Shown in pieces: positions 38,297-51,668 of a stretch of DNA of 63,424 bases. Made by a program: the position numbers and the translations under genes. The notes under the pieces were generated by a model that was not told the origin of the DNA, searched no databases, and saw nothing but the letters and a program-made list of their open reading frames with translations. The stretch is from Octopus bimaculoides (lineage: Eukaryota): assembly GCF_001194135.2 (NCBI RefSeq), contig NC_068993.1, forward strand, positions 5,745,549 through 5,808,972. The letters are read 5' to 3'. Numbering within the stretch: the first letter of the stretch is position 1; the number at the start of each line of letters is the position of its first letter.

Positions 38297-38893
38297 GTAG
38301 TTTACATAATGCCATTTGATATTTGGCTACGTAGACCATTTTAATTGAACGTATAAACAAACAAGATGTACTACTGAATTTTTTCTTTGCTAACGAATGC
38401 ATTACGCTACATGAAACCCGTAGATTCTGGAGAAGAATTACTAATATTTGTTTTTCTATGAATATATATCTTATATGTACGCGTTTTATTTCATTGTAAT
38501 TGAATCCATCGACAAATATTGATCACTGCGTTCCTACAGCACGCGCACTCACGCACGCACTCACACACAAATACACATACACACACACACAAGCGTGCGC
38601 GCAGACACATGCATGTATACACAGTTACAATAGAAACGAGCAAATAAACAGGACCCACTGTCATAGAGTAAAGTATTTCTTAATTTTGTCGACTGAAATT
38701 AGCGTCGCCGTAAGCAAATAAATCATGGTGGGCCTATGTGAGTATATATAGAAATATGCATGTATGTATGTACACACAAACACATACATACATATATATG
38801 TAAGCTTATATGCTTAAAAAAATCTGTATACAAATATATATACACACACACACACATATAAATACGACTATACTATGTATGCGTGTGCGTGTG

Positions 38894-38979
<86 letters not shown>

Positions 38980-39692
38980 GAGGTCTACGGCTGTGTAGCT
39001 AGGAAATGCGTGCCAAGGAATAAATATATAATGAAGATGAGAACGGATGAAACGTTCCTCGATTCTGTCAAAGGAGATATATCATAGAGGAATGGTCATT
39101 GGAAGCGTGTTCAACCATGCCAATACGAACTTAGCTTCATTAGATAATTCTGATTTAGAACTTCATAAACGATCAGAAATCAGAGGGAGAAACATCAATT
39201 GTTTGCTTTAAAGTGTATACACACAAACTGTTCAGTAATCCATAGGGAGCAGCAGCAACCGATATATACATACATACATACATATAACACACACACACAC
39301 ANNNNNNNNNNNNNNNNNNNNNNNNNNNNNNNNNNNNNNNNNNNNNNNNNNNNNNNNNNNNNNNNNNNNNNNNNNNNNNNNNNNNNNNNNNNNNNNNNNN
39401 NNNNNNNNNNNNNNNNNNNNNNNNNNNNNNNNNNNNNNNNNNNNNNNNNNNNNNNNNNNNNNNNNNNNNNNNNNNNNNNNNNNNNNNNNNNNNNNNNNNN
39501 NNNNNNNNNNNNNNNNNNNNNNNNNNNNNNNNNNNNNNNNNNNNNNNNNNNNNNNNNNNNNNNNNNNNNNNNNNNNNNNNNNNNNNNNNNNNNNNNNNNN
39601 NNNNNNNNNNNNNNNNNNNNNNNNNNNNNNNNNNNNNNNNNNNNNNNNNNNNNNNNNNNNNNNNNNNNNNNNNNNNNNNNNNNNNNNNNNNN

Positions 39693-39727
39693 ATTTGCTA
39701 GACGAAAACTGAAAGAAGCTCCTCGTG
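39693..39727 (+). mobile_element. SINE-B segment emerging from a gap, followed by (TA)n
   Basis: TAGACGAAAACTGAAAGAAGCTCCTCGTGTATATA. Confidence 0.75.
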
Positions 39728-39808
39728 TATATATATATATATATATATAAATTACACTGCTTAGTTATGTCAAACTGTAACATTATATTTATGTTACTAA
39801 GGCGGCGA

Positions 39809-40020
39809 GCTCGCAGAATCGGTAGCGCACTGGACGAAATGCATACCGGTATTTCGCCCATCGCTACGTTCTGAGTTCAAATTCCGCCGGGGTCGAATTT
39901 GCCTTTCATCCTTTCGGGGTCGATAAATTACGTACCAGTGAAACACTGGGATATATTTAATCGACTAGTCCCCAACCCACAAATCTGAGGCTTTGTGTCC
40001 CCAGTAGAAAGGATTATATT
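39809..40020 (+). mobile_element. SINE-A, full length, tail type 2
   Basis: AAGGCGGCGAGCTCGCAGAATCG...GAGTTCAAATTCCGCC...GTAGAAAGGATTAT. Confidence 0.9.
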
Positions 40021-40699
40021 TAGGTTACTAAGAACAGAAATTTATTGAGCTCTTTGGTAAAATTGCGCACTAAAGCATACATTCTTATATTATTTTCAGA
40101 AAAGTTTAAAAATTTACAGCTCTAAGCATGGGTAAAATCTAAACTTAATGCTCTTTGCTATAGTTTTCCTACGTGCTAGGAAAATCTATTTAAATCTGCA
40201 GATATCTTAAGTGAATATTTAGATCTCGTGTCATACGCAGTTCGTTTCACCGACATATATATAACTTAATTCACTTCAAAAATCTTATATTTGCCCTCCG
40301 GCTCAACAAGGTTTCACTTGTGTTTTTATAATGTACACCAGCAAGCACTAACGCGTACGTGTCTCGGTTATGTAATGTATAATTATTTGAATATATTTAG
40401 TTTGAGTTGCTTTTAATTCAGTTAGATTACACCCCCACCCACACGTACGCACGCACATATGTATGTCCGAAAGAAAAAGTTGTGACATTGCCGACGGGAA
40501 TCGAACGCCGTAACAGGTGTAAAACGCACACTTACGCACACACAAAAAGCATATTTCAAATGATATACATATTATACATACATATATCATTTGATATATA
40601 TATACATATATATATATATACACACACATATATATGTAGAAACACACACACACACATGTATATATATATACATATATACATACATACATGTATACATAC

Positions 40700-40781
<82 letters not shown>

Positions 40782-40916
40782 ATATATATATACATGTATA
40801 TATACATACATATATATACATACATACATATATACATACATATATATACATACATACATGTATATATATGTATATATATGTAATGGGTTATTTATATATT
40901 ATGTGTGCTTCTTTTG

Positions 40917-40962
<46 letters not shown>

Positions 40963-40972
40963 NNNNNNNNNN

Positions 40973-41015
<43 letters not shown>

Positions 41016-41580
41016 AAACACATATATATAGAATATATTATGTACAATATACATATCTATGAATATATATATACATACAGATATGCATATATGTGCATAT
41101 ACATCTCTCTCATACATGCATACATATATACATACATACATGTAGGCATACAAACATGCATGCATACATGAGTACATACATAACATACATATGCATACAT
41201 ACATACACACATACATACATATTCCTTCGCCAAGGCTGCTCAGCACCGTTCGTCGTGACGAAGGCGCACACGTAACAGAACACGCAGCTTGTATAGTAGT
41301 CGCCCCCCCCCACCACCACCACCGCCCTCTCCTCCTTCTGCGTACGTGCATCATATTGTGCACATTCTTACAGCTGTGTGCATTCTCATCGCCATGCAGA
41401 CTAATTGTAGGACAAGTGCATACGTTCATAGCGGTTATATTGATTAACAAGGTAGGAGATGAAAAGGAAAGGTGGATTGCCGGCTGGCAACGACTGCCTC
41501 TTCTTGGTGATGGTGACTGAGATAGAGATAGGGAGCGATAGAGAGTTAAACGGATAGAGAAAAGGGGAGAGAGAGAGAAG

Positions 41581-41618
<38 letters not shown>

Positions 41619-41975
41619 GAGAGGAAGGTGAATGAATAGAGGGATAAATGTAGGGGGTGGGGTTGGAGAAAGAGGAGAGAGGTGTGAGGTTTGCGTAGAA
41701 TATTCGCAATAACCAGTGGCTGAATAGGAAACTTTGTGAGTAATGCAAACACACACACGCACAGACAGACAGACAGACAGACATACACACTTATACACAC
41801 ATGCACAGGCACGCACGCATGCACATATTCATAAACACACAGAGACTCTCTCACAAACACACTTGCAAATATATCTGTGCATATGCTTGTATATTTATGT
41901 ATGAATATGTTTGTCAGTTTGTATGTATACGAATACATCTGTATGTATACATATCTATACACAAACACACACACG

Positions 41976-41986
<11 letters not shown>

Positions 41987-42007
<21 letters not shown>

Positions 42008-42355
42008 CCACACCCCCCACAGACATACATACACATATATGGCATAAGGTTGGGATATGAGTAACAGCTCATGTACGCTTAAGTATTGATGCACTCACAC
42101 GATAGCAATGAGACACATGCTCGTGTGCTTCTGTATATGCGTGTGCATACACACACGCATATACACACACACGATGTTTACAAAATGCACTTTAATGAGT
42201 NNNNNNNNNNNNNNNNNNNNNNNNNNNNNNNNNNNATATATATATATATAGATATATATATATATAGATATATATATATATAGATATATATATATATAGA
42301 TATATATAGATATATAGATAGATAGATATATATAGATATATAGATAGATAGATAT

Positions 42356-42394
<39 letters not shown>

Positions 42395-42671
42395 TGTGTA
42401 GGTATACGTCAGCTGAATTGTGTGTGTGTATATATAAATACACACACACATACACACACACACACATATATATATATACCACACCCCCCACAGACATACA
42501 TACACATATATGGCATAAGGTTGGGATATGAGTAACAGCTCATGTACGCTTAAGTATTGATGCACTCACACGATAGCAATGAGACACATGCTCGTGTGCT
42601 TCTGTATATGCGTGTGCATACACACACGCATATACACACACACGATGTTTACAAAATGCACTTTAATGAGT
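41987..42671. repeat. Exact direct duplication of about 214 bp (period 471 bp) straddling a gap
   Basis: 41987-42200 is identical to 42458-42671. The first copy ends exactly at the N-run. Confidence 0.9.
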
Positions 42672-42888
42672 CGTCATAAAATCAATATTGTAGAACCCCT
42701 TGTGTTCCTTTATAATATTATGAAGGAGTCTCAGTGAGGAGAATTCCTCTTGTGTTTCGGCAAGGTTCCTTGTTAATGCTCCTCTTTTGCTTATAAAGAT
42801 CACAGAAGATACACATAAAAGTCACGTCTGGAGAGTATTTCCTAATATACTTAGCAGGTTTCATATTTGCACATCCATCTATTCGTCC

Positions 42889-42924
<36 letters not shown>

Positions 42925-43099
42925 GGATATCAGTGCCTTCTGTATGTATTTATGCATCTGTCTATCTCTCTATCCGTCTATCATTATACACACATACCTA
43001 CACATATACGTTCACCCCCTCCGCCCACACGAGCATATACACTTATACCTAGCAGCGCAAGTATACATCTCACAACACACTCAACACACACACATACAC

Positions 43100-43355
43100 A
43101 ATGTTGACGTTATCGACAATATTGACATCAAATACAAAATTGACATAACGTTGACACAATGCTGATATGTGACATTATCGACAATACTGACATTAATTGT
43201 AAGGTTGACATGTCGTTGATATGTGACATTATTGAAATATTGATATTAACTGTCGGATTGACATTGTGTTGACATGTGACGTTATTGACAGTATTGACAC
43301 TAACTACAAAGCTAATATGACGTTGACACGTGACAATGTTGATAATAGTGACATA
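43100..43355 (+). repeat. Degenerate minisatellite (about 54 bp higher-order unit) built from TGAC subunits
   Basis: ATGTGAC.TTAT.GA.A.TA.TGA.A.TAA units start near 43167, 43221 and 43274. I counted 17 TGAC motifs. Confidence 0.8.
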
Positions 43356-43463
43356 AACCAAAAGGTTGCTATAGTTGTTTGCATGTGAAGCTACAGAAAA
43401 TGAGATTTTCCACAATGCCACGAAATTGGGTCGAACTCGGCCTTTCTGTTTTACAAAGCCTTC

Positions 43464-43520
<57 letters not shown>

Positions 43521-44561
43521 ATTTATGCATATGTATATATATGTATATTTATATCGTTGCATGCATGTAAGTATGTATGTATTTATATATATGTATGTAT
43601 ATAGGGAAAATGAATATACCTATACACAATCGTGCATATGTGAGTTTGTGAATGTTGTGGAATCAGTTGTGAGATTCATTAGCAAAAATCATTAGGAGAC
43701 AGACGTTTACCTTAAATCTACTATTTTAAATATTTCTTTTTGTTCTTCATTCACCCACTTTGTTCCTCGTAATGAATTCCTATATCTACATTGTTATACA
43801 TGTTGCACACACACACACAAACACACATACACACGCACACACACACGCATACACAGTACTCTACCAAGACGACACCAAACGATTGTTTTCTCTTGCAGTA
43901 TTATGGTACCCAGCCAGTCTTGATGTCCTACGTGTTGAATGTGTCTAGATTCTAATGAACCGCGGAACTAATCAATATTAAACCAATATTAAATATCAAA
44001 TGTATATGACATCAAATTTACAAAATCAAATCATGATAACTTAATCCATGTAATCCAATACATGGTGCGATAAATGGCTATTAATCTGATACTAGACAAA
44101 CACAGAATATATGCTACCGTACACACATACACGCACACATACACACTCATAATAACACATAATGCTATTAAAGCCACATGACATGAGATTGGTTCGATAA
44201 TACATAAAAAACATTTGTCACAAAAGCACAGATTTCTGCTTTCTTCAACTGTCATGACAGATTGAACAGAGATTACGCGTGTTAACATGGAGGACGTGTT
44301 TAACGCTAACGACTTTGCGAGATTTGAGTAATGTTATATTTTGTGCAGTATCTATTATCTTTTACTTGTGTTAGTCATTAGACTGCGACCACAGTGGGAA
44401 ATTATAAATTAACCGCCCCACCCCAGTACTTGTCTGTCTGTATTGAAAAGCCACATCTGCTCATGTTTAAGTGAACGATCAAGCAGTGGCATTGCTCGAA
44501 ATCAAATGACATCTGTCTGTCTGTCCTATGTGCCTGTCCTCCTATCCATCTATCTATCTAT

Positions 44562-44609
<48 letters not shown>

Positions 44610-45168
44610 AATATTATATTTTCGCGAAATTGGTACCAGAGCGAACAACGAAACAACATTATTTTATATCATTATCATCTATTGAACGGGTAATGAGAGA
44701 GAGATAGAGAGAAAGAGAGAGAGAGTGAGAGCGAGCGCACACGCACGCTTGAAAGAAGATAAAAGAGGGAGAGAGAGAGAGAGAGAAAGAAAGGAAGACA
44801 GTGAAAGATAACCCATGATGTGTACTAATTATATGCAATTTATACTAAGTATTCGGCTAACTAAAAGACCTGTGCATTTTTGCACGAAGTTCAGCCATAG
44901 TAAAAGTATCATAGCACTTAATAGCGCTGATGCAATTGTCAAGAGTCGGGCGGACAAATAAAGAGAGTGAGATACACACTGCCAATTATACATAACATCC
45001 ACCCACATACACGTGCGTGTGTGCGTATATGCACTTGTATGTGAGTGAATACATTACGATGTGTATATTATTAGTATTTATATTTATCAACATATATGAA
45101 TAGGTTTAGCAGATTATATTTATTTCCCTCTCTCCTCATGTATGGGTGTGAGTGCGTATGTGTATACA

Positions 45169-45244
<76 letters not shown>

Positions 45245-45437
45245 CATACATGTATGTGTGTTTTCTGTGGGTCTGTAGGAACGTGTGTGGATACAAGTGG
45301 ACATGAATACTATTATTATATCCATCTACGGCGTTCTGTTTTTAATAATGTTTATATTTGTTTACAGGAGTACGTACGTAAACAACTTTTCATTCCTATA
45401 AATCTACACACACAAACACACACATGTCAATGTACCC

Positions 45438-45537
<100 letters not shown>

Positions 45538-45919
45538 ATGAAAGGAGCACTTTATATGCTATAGTCGTATATTAGTAATTTATTTTCGTCCAAAGATCAA
45601 AAGACAACGTAAACCCACAACTTTACGTAGAATATTCAATACATTAATGGCTTAATGCCGAGTCGATGGTATATTTATTTTGACATAAACACTGACTCTT
45701 AACAAAACTATTCCGTTTCCTTCTACAGAAATTATACTTTCAATAATCTCTGTAGAAACAGGAAAACCAGACAGAGGTCTTTTAGTAAATTCTGTAGAAA
45801 ATGAAAACAGAACTGGGTTTTGTTACAAAAACCTTTTTTTTTTTTTAAAGATAAAAATATAGTTCTGTATTGTTGGTTGAGAAACATTTTATGTCTTGTG
45901 TTTCTTTATATTTTGTTTG

Positions 45920-45951
<32 letters not shown>

Positions 45952-46512
45952 TCGCAGACGAGGCTTTCTACTCGAAACAATCTCGTCAGCATCAGCATCG
46001 TCATCATCATCGCCGTCATCGTCATGCATCATTATCATCAATATCATATTTACCATCCTCCTCTTCCTCCTCCTTATCATCATCATAGTCATCACCATCA
46101 CCACCACAACTATCATCATCATCATCACCACCATCATGTTTTATATGTATATATATTATGCATAGATGCATATATATGCACACACTCACACCCNNNNNNN
46201 NNNNNNNNNNNNNNNNNNNNNNNNNNNNNNNNNNNNNNNNNNNNNNNNNNNNNNNNNNNNNNNNNNNNNNNNNNNNNNNNNNNNNNNNNNNNNAGGAGAT
46301 TTGATTGAAATTCTCCAGCGATTTTTAATCAAATTTCCTGCGAGTTAACATAGGATCCCTTCCCAACAACGTAGACTTCATTTGACTTAGGTATCTTTGG
46401 CCTGACGAGTATCTAGCAGATTATCTCTCGTTTGGGTAATTACAGCTTCCTAAGTTCTGCTAGGTGTGAAACATATGTAATCTGGATTTTATCCACTCCA
46501 CTCCCCAATTTA

Positions 46513-46810
46513 TATAAGATGAGAAAATAGAGAGGTAATTAATAATTTATAATTTATTAATTTAAAAAATTGACAAACATCCCTTACAGCTGTTTCAATT
46601 CTAAACCGTTTACTCAACATGCAGGAATTGAACACCTATTTTGTATAGCTTTAACTACCTCTGAAGAGATTCTACTTTCAAATAATTTAAAATTTAATTG
46701 ATTAATTTTCTGAAGGACTGGAATGGAAACCGCTGTAGGGGATGTTTGTCAATTTTTTTTAATTAATAAATAATAATTTATTAACTGCCCCTCTATTTTC
46801 TCAACTTATA
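46513..46810. mobile_element. Fold-back/MITE-like element with about 90 bp terminal inverted repeats
   Basis: TATAAGATGAGAAAATAGAGAGG...AAAAATTGACAAACATCCCTTACAGCTGTTTC versus GAAACCGCTGTAGGGGGATGTTTGTCAATTTTT...CCCCTCTATTTTCTCAACTTATA. Confidence 0.85.
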
Positions 46811-47480
46811 ATATTAAATAAATATATATATAAACCAGTGTTTATATTGTTACCTTGCAGTTGAGTATTAAATGTAATGTTCAATATTCTTTGTATAGGT
46901 AACTTCATAGGATTCTGCTATCCCTGAATGAGGTTTGTAACCTTTATTTGTGTTTATATATATATATATATATATATATATNNNNNNNNNNNNNNNNNNN
47001 NNNNNNNNNNNNNNNNNNNNNNNNNNNNNNNNNNNNNNNNNNNNNNNNNNNNNNNNNNNNNNNNNNNNNNNNNNNNNNNNNNNNNNNNNNNNNNNNNNNN
47101 NNNNNNNNNNNNNNNNNNNNNNNNNNNNNNNNNNNNNNNNNNNNNNNNNNNNNNNNNNNNNNNNNNNNNNNNNNNNNNNNNNNNNNNNNNNNNNNNNNNN
47201 NNNNNNNNNNNNNNNNNNNNNNNNNNNNNNNNNNNNNNNNNNNNNNNNNNNNNNNNNNNNNNNNNNNNNNNNNNNNNNNNNNNNNNNNNNNNNNNNNNNN
47301 NNNNNNNNNNNNNNNNNNNNNNNNNNNNNNNNNNNNNNNNNNNNNNNNNNNNNNNNNNNNNNNNNNNNNNNNNNNNNNNNNNNNNNNNNNNNNNNNNNNN
47401 NNNNNNNNNNNNNNNNNNNNNNNNNNNNNNNNNNNNNNNNNNNNNNNNNNNNNNNNNNNNNNNNNNNNNNNNNNNNNNNN

Positions 47481-47550
<70 letters not shown>

Positions 47551-48210
47551 CGTGTATATTTATATACCCCTGTATAAAAAAAAAGCAAACGAATTGTTAA
47601 GAGCCGTCAGCCTCGCCCGCAACATTTACAACATGAATTAACTACATGAAACAATCAGAAATGTTACTAAAAATAACCCAAAACAAACTTTAAAACATCG
47701 AGTGTTAATCGGTTTATTTCGGGTAAACGACTTAATAATAATGTCTGACGGACGTCTAAGCTTTAATTGTTGTTGTTGTTGCTGCTTGCTTTATTGTTGT
47801 TGTTGTGGTTGCTAAACCTCAGGACAGCCTTGATCTTCTAAATAAAGGATCCAGCCTTTCCACTCATCAAAATCCCGCTTTATTTTTTATTTTTTTATGC
47901 CCCTTTATAGTGATCCAGGGGATGTTATATTTAACAATGTACACTTTCCAGCATGGAATTTGAGATGAGAAAGAGAGAGAGAGAGAGAGAGGGGGGAGAG
48001 GGAGAGAGCTGGTTGTTATTTCTAGCAGTTTCGGAGAGGCTACCACCTTCTGGATTTCTTAATTAGCTGATGTCTGATGTATTACTTAGTAGGCCTAGAT
48101 AGTAGAAGGGGGGAGCTACGTAGACGAAAACAACGGGAACATTCATCATCATTATCAGTAATACCAACTATTACTACTACTACTACTACTACTACAAATA
48201 TACTGCATGC

Positions 48211-48261
<51 letters not shown>

Positions 48262-48645
48262 NNNNNNNNNNNNNNNNNNNNNNNNNNNNNNNNNNNNNNN
48301 NNNNNNNNNNNNNNNNNNNNNNNNNNNNNNNNNNNNNNNNNNNNNNNNNNNNNNNNNNNNNNNNNNNNNNNNNNNNNNNNNNNNNNNNNNNNNNNNNNNN
48401 NNNNNNNNNNNNNNNNNNNNNNNNNNNNNNNNNNNNNNNNNNNNNNNNNNNNNNNNNNNNNNNNNNNNNNNNNNNNNNNNNNNNNNNNNNNNNNNNNNNN
48501 NNNNNNNNNNNNNNNNNNNNNNNNNNNNNNNNNNNNNNNNNNNNNNNNNNNNNNNNNNNNNNNNNNNNNNNNNNNNNNNNNNNNNNNNNNNNNNNNNNNN
48601 NNNNNNNNNNNNNNNNNNNNNNNNNNNNCACACATGTACACATAT

Positions 48646-48747
48646 AAGGAAAAAGTTGAGAGTAACTTCGAAGTTTCCTCTTGCTTAACCTCGTCTGACG
48701 GTGGTATATACACCCAAAACTTCGAAGTCATTGTCAAACCTTTCCTT
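48646..48747. mobile_element. Short MITE-like element with 30 bp inverted termini; solo end at 51849-51875
   Basis: AGGAAAAAGTTGAGAGTAACTTCGAAGTTT versus AAACTTCGAAGTCATTGTCAAACCTTTCCT. AAAAAGTTGACAGTAACTTCGAGGTTT occurs at 51849. Confidence 0.7.
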
Positions 48748-48877
48748 CCAAAAATTAATAAATATTGTGCTTTAATTTGATGCTCAAATCTTTTTATATG
48801 TGATTTTCATTAAAAAATCAAATAAACACGCGCGCGAGCTCACACACACATTCACACACATGTATGCATATACATAC

Positions 48878-49036
48878 AAGATGAGCTTCTTTCAGTTTCC
48901 GACTGCAAAATCCACTCAAAAAGGTTTGGTCGGCCCGAGGCTACAGTAGAAGACACTTGCCCAAGGTGTCACGCAGCGGGACTGAACCCGGAACCATGTG
49001 GTTACTAAGCAAGCTTCTTACTCCACAGCCATGCCT
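48878..49036 (-). mobile_element. SINE-B
   Basis: GCTTCTTTCAGTTTCCG...GAAGACACTTGCCCAAGGTG...CCACAGCCATGCCT on the plus strand. Confidence 0.9.
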
Positions 49037-49826
49037 CTATATATAGACACACCTCACTTTTAAGACTTATGAGATTAGAATAATTAAAATAAAACTGTTC
49101 TAATAAAATACAGATGCATTTCAAACTTTTCTAAAATGATTAAAACGTAGGGTAAGTATATTTAAAATATGGGGTACGTACAAAGGTGTGCCTATGTATA
49201 GGGTAAGTATATAAAGGGTACGCAAATAAAGGCGACATAACAAAATGTAAATAGATAATGGGTGCACACACACTTAAGTCTTACCTGTTTCCTAAATGTT
49301 ATATTGTAGGTATGGTATCACCTATGACAGGTGTTATATTTGTTTGGCGGTGCGAAGTATTGTTAAGAAGATACTTCTGGGATTTATTGAGTAAACAGAT
49401 ATTAAGAAATAATTTGTATTTATACATTTAAATAGTTTAGAAGGTAAATAAATAATAAGCTGTTAGTATCGAGTGAGAATTCTTTAAAGTATATATACGA
49501 TATGTACATATATACATATTAGTTATATATATATATATATATATACACTATCTATCTATCTATCTATCCATCCATATATATACACACACATTTAGCTATA
49601 TCTATCTATACATATATACATTTATATTTACACACACCTATCTATATATACATACGCACGTCTATATATATAAACACACACATATATATATATATATATA
49701 CACACACACACCAATCTAAATATAAGCATACAAACGAATACATACATCCATATACATACATACACATATATACACACACATTATATTTATATGTTTATGC
49801 ATACGCACTCACACACACATGTATAA

Positions 49827-49864
<38 letters not shown>

Positions 49865-50011
49865 GTAATAATATTATCTCTTACTTTCACTTTCTTTTTT
49901 GTGTTCCAACTTTCCGACTCATATGCACCCACCCACCTACCTACCTACCTATCTATCAATATCATTCCATCTATTTGTCTGTATGTCTATTCATCTATCT
50001 ATCTTCTCCTT

Positions 50012-50052
<41 letters not shown>

Positions 50053-50276
50053 GTCTATCAGTCTCACCTGTCCCTCCCGTTCGCACTTTATGTAACTATC
50101 AATGTTACCGTCCATCTACTTATCTAATTATCTCTCCATCATACCCAACATCCACACCTGTTAATTAGCTAATATTGAAATGCAATTACATATTACAAAA
50201 ATAATTGCTTTTAATGAAAACAGGAACCAACCCTACCAAAAAAATAAAAAATAAAAAAGAAACAAGACGAACTTAC

Positions 50277-50300
50277 CTGGCGAGTAAAGCAACTGTCCAT
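50277..50300 (-). CDS. Candidate first coding exon, MDSCFTRQ (phase 0), product unknown
   Basis: AAG-ATG-G Kozak context (A at -3, G at +4), an in-frame upstream TAG, 8 open codons, then a perfect donor CCAG|GTAAGT. A T/G-rich unique leader lies upstream. No partner coding exon was identified in the window. Confidence 0.45.
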
Positions 50301-50629
50301 CTTTGATTTGTTCAAGGTAAATTTTTCAAACACAAACACAAACTACACCAAAAAACACCATGAAGATACAAAACACAAACAACAAAACGAACTCAAACAG
50401 AAAAAGAACGGTATAAACTCTTAGATGCCGTAAGTCATAGAATATTCCACTGTATAAAGGTTATAATTTGGTCGTGGTGTTGGTTTTTGGGTAAGGTTCA
50501 ACGGAGATGAGCATAAAATGAATGAGGGAAAGACAGAGTAAAAGAATGAGAGAGAAAGAGGAGAGTAAAAGTAAGAGTACGTGTGCGTATATTTAGAAGT
50601 GATGTGTAAATAGTCACTCCATACACAGG

Positions 50630-50677
<48 letters not shown>

Positions 50678-50712
50678 ATGTATATATTTATGTATGTATA
50701 TCCTAGGTTTTA

Positions 50713-50748
50713 GCGCATGCGTCTTACTTAATTTGATATATTCCCGCC
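50713..50748. promoter_or_regulatory. NRF1-like palindrome (GCGCATGCG) and E2F-like site (TTCCCGCC) about 0.4 kb upstream of the candidate exon
   Basis: Motif matches at 50713-50721 and 50741-50748, in a short unique block between microsatellites. These are motif matches only. Confidence 0.25.
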
Positions 50749-50992
50749 TTTTCGAACGAATCAGTAATTGTCCTCTCTTCCGTCGTTACTGTGACAAAAT
50801 AAGGATCTTTTCTTTATTGTTATTCGTTATTATTATTACTCTATCATTCTTACTATCATTATATGCATTATTATAATTATTATAATTATTATTAGTACTG
50901 TTCTTCTTCCTTACTGTTGTAGAGTAAAAGAGAGTTATTTATTTATTTTGTTTGCGTGTCTCTGTGCGTGTTGCGTGTATTGCGCGAGCATT

Positions 50993-51026
<34 letters not shown>

Positions 51027-51194
51027 TGTCAACGTATGCGTATGTATGTTTGTACTTGTGCACGCATGTATGCAAATGTGTGTTTCTCAGGTGAGTATTT
51101 TTTTATAACAGATCTTCAAAACCAGTTATATTTGACTTAGTATTGATACATAATGATGTGTCATATTTAATTATATTACATTATATTATAAATG

Positions 51195-51233
<39 letters not shown>

Positions 51234-51604
51234 ATCATAATATTACTTGTTTTCGCACACCCACTACCTATTCCTTGCAAAACGAGAAGAAAAAAAGTCA
51301 ATTTCTGAAATAAGAGCACGCAAATTTAAATTTATAAAAAAAAAAGCGGAATCTTAGAAGTGGGATCTGCATGCAACGTCTGTCAACTGTGTGTGTGTGT
51401 GTGTTTGTATGTGTGAGTGTATATACATATGTATGTATATGCGCGGCGTGCATGCGTGAATTATGCACAAAGGTAGGTTATATAAACATAAATGCATATA
51501 TACATACGAACGCAGGTACAGATGTGTAAATGTATTCATATGCATACACACACAGACACGCACATACACACGTGTGTTTATGTATGTCTCTCTCTCTCTC
51601 TCTA

Positions 51605-51668
<64 letters not shown>

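Noticed and set aside
40495-40520. GTTCGATTCCCGTCGG on the minus strand
   Set aside because: Isolated B-box-like fragment with no cloverleaf.
17129-43355. Regularly spaced repeats considered as CRISPR-like arrays (22, 32, 35 and 54 bp units)
   Set aside because: Units are contiguous with no unique spacers, there are no cas genes, and the context is eukaryotic.
43880-43960. Strong plus-strand acceptor TTGTTTTCTCTTGCAG at 43898
   Set aside because: No convincing donor, and all frames close within about 60 nt.
46294-46339. 13-bp stem hairpin AGGAGATTTGATT...AATCAAATTTCCT
   Set aside because: AT-rich, directly at a gap edge, and with no context to assign a function.
50270-50281. ACTTACCTGGC identical to the U1 snRNA 5' end
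   Set aside because: Similarity stops after 11 nt. It is simply the reverse complement of a perfect splice donor, not a U1 gene.
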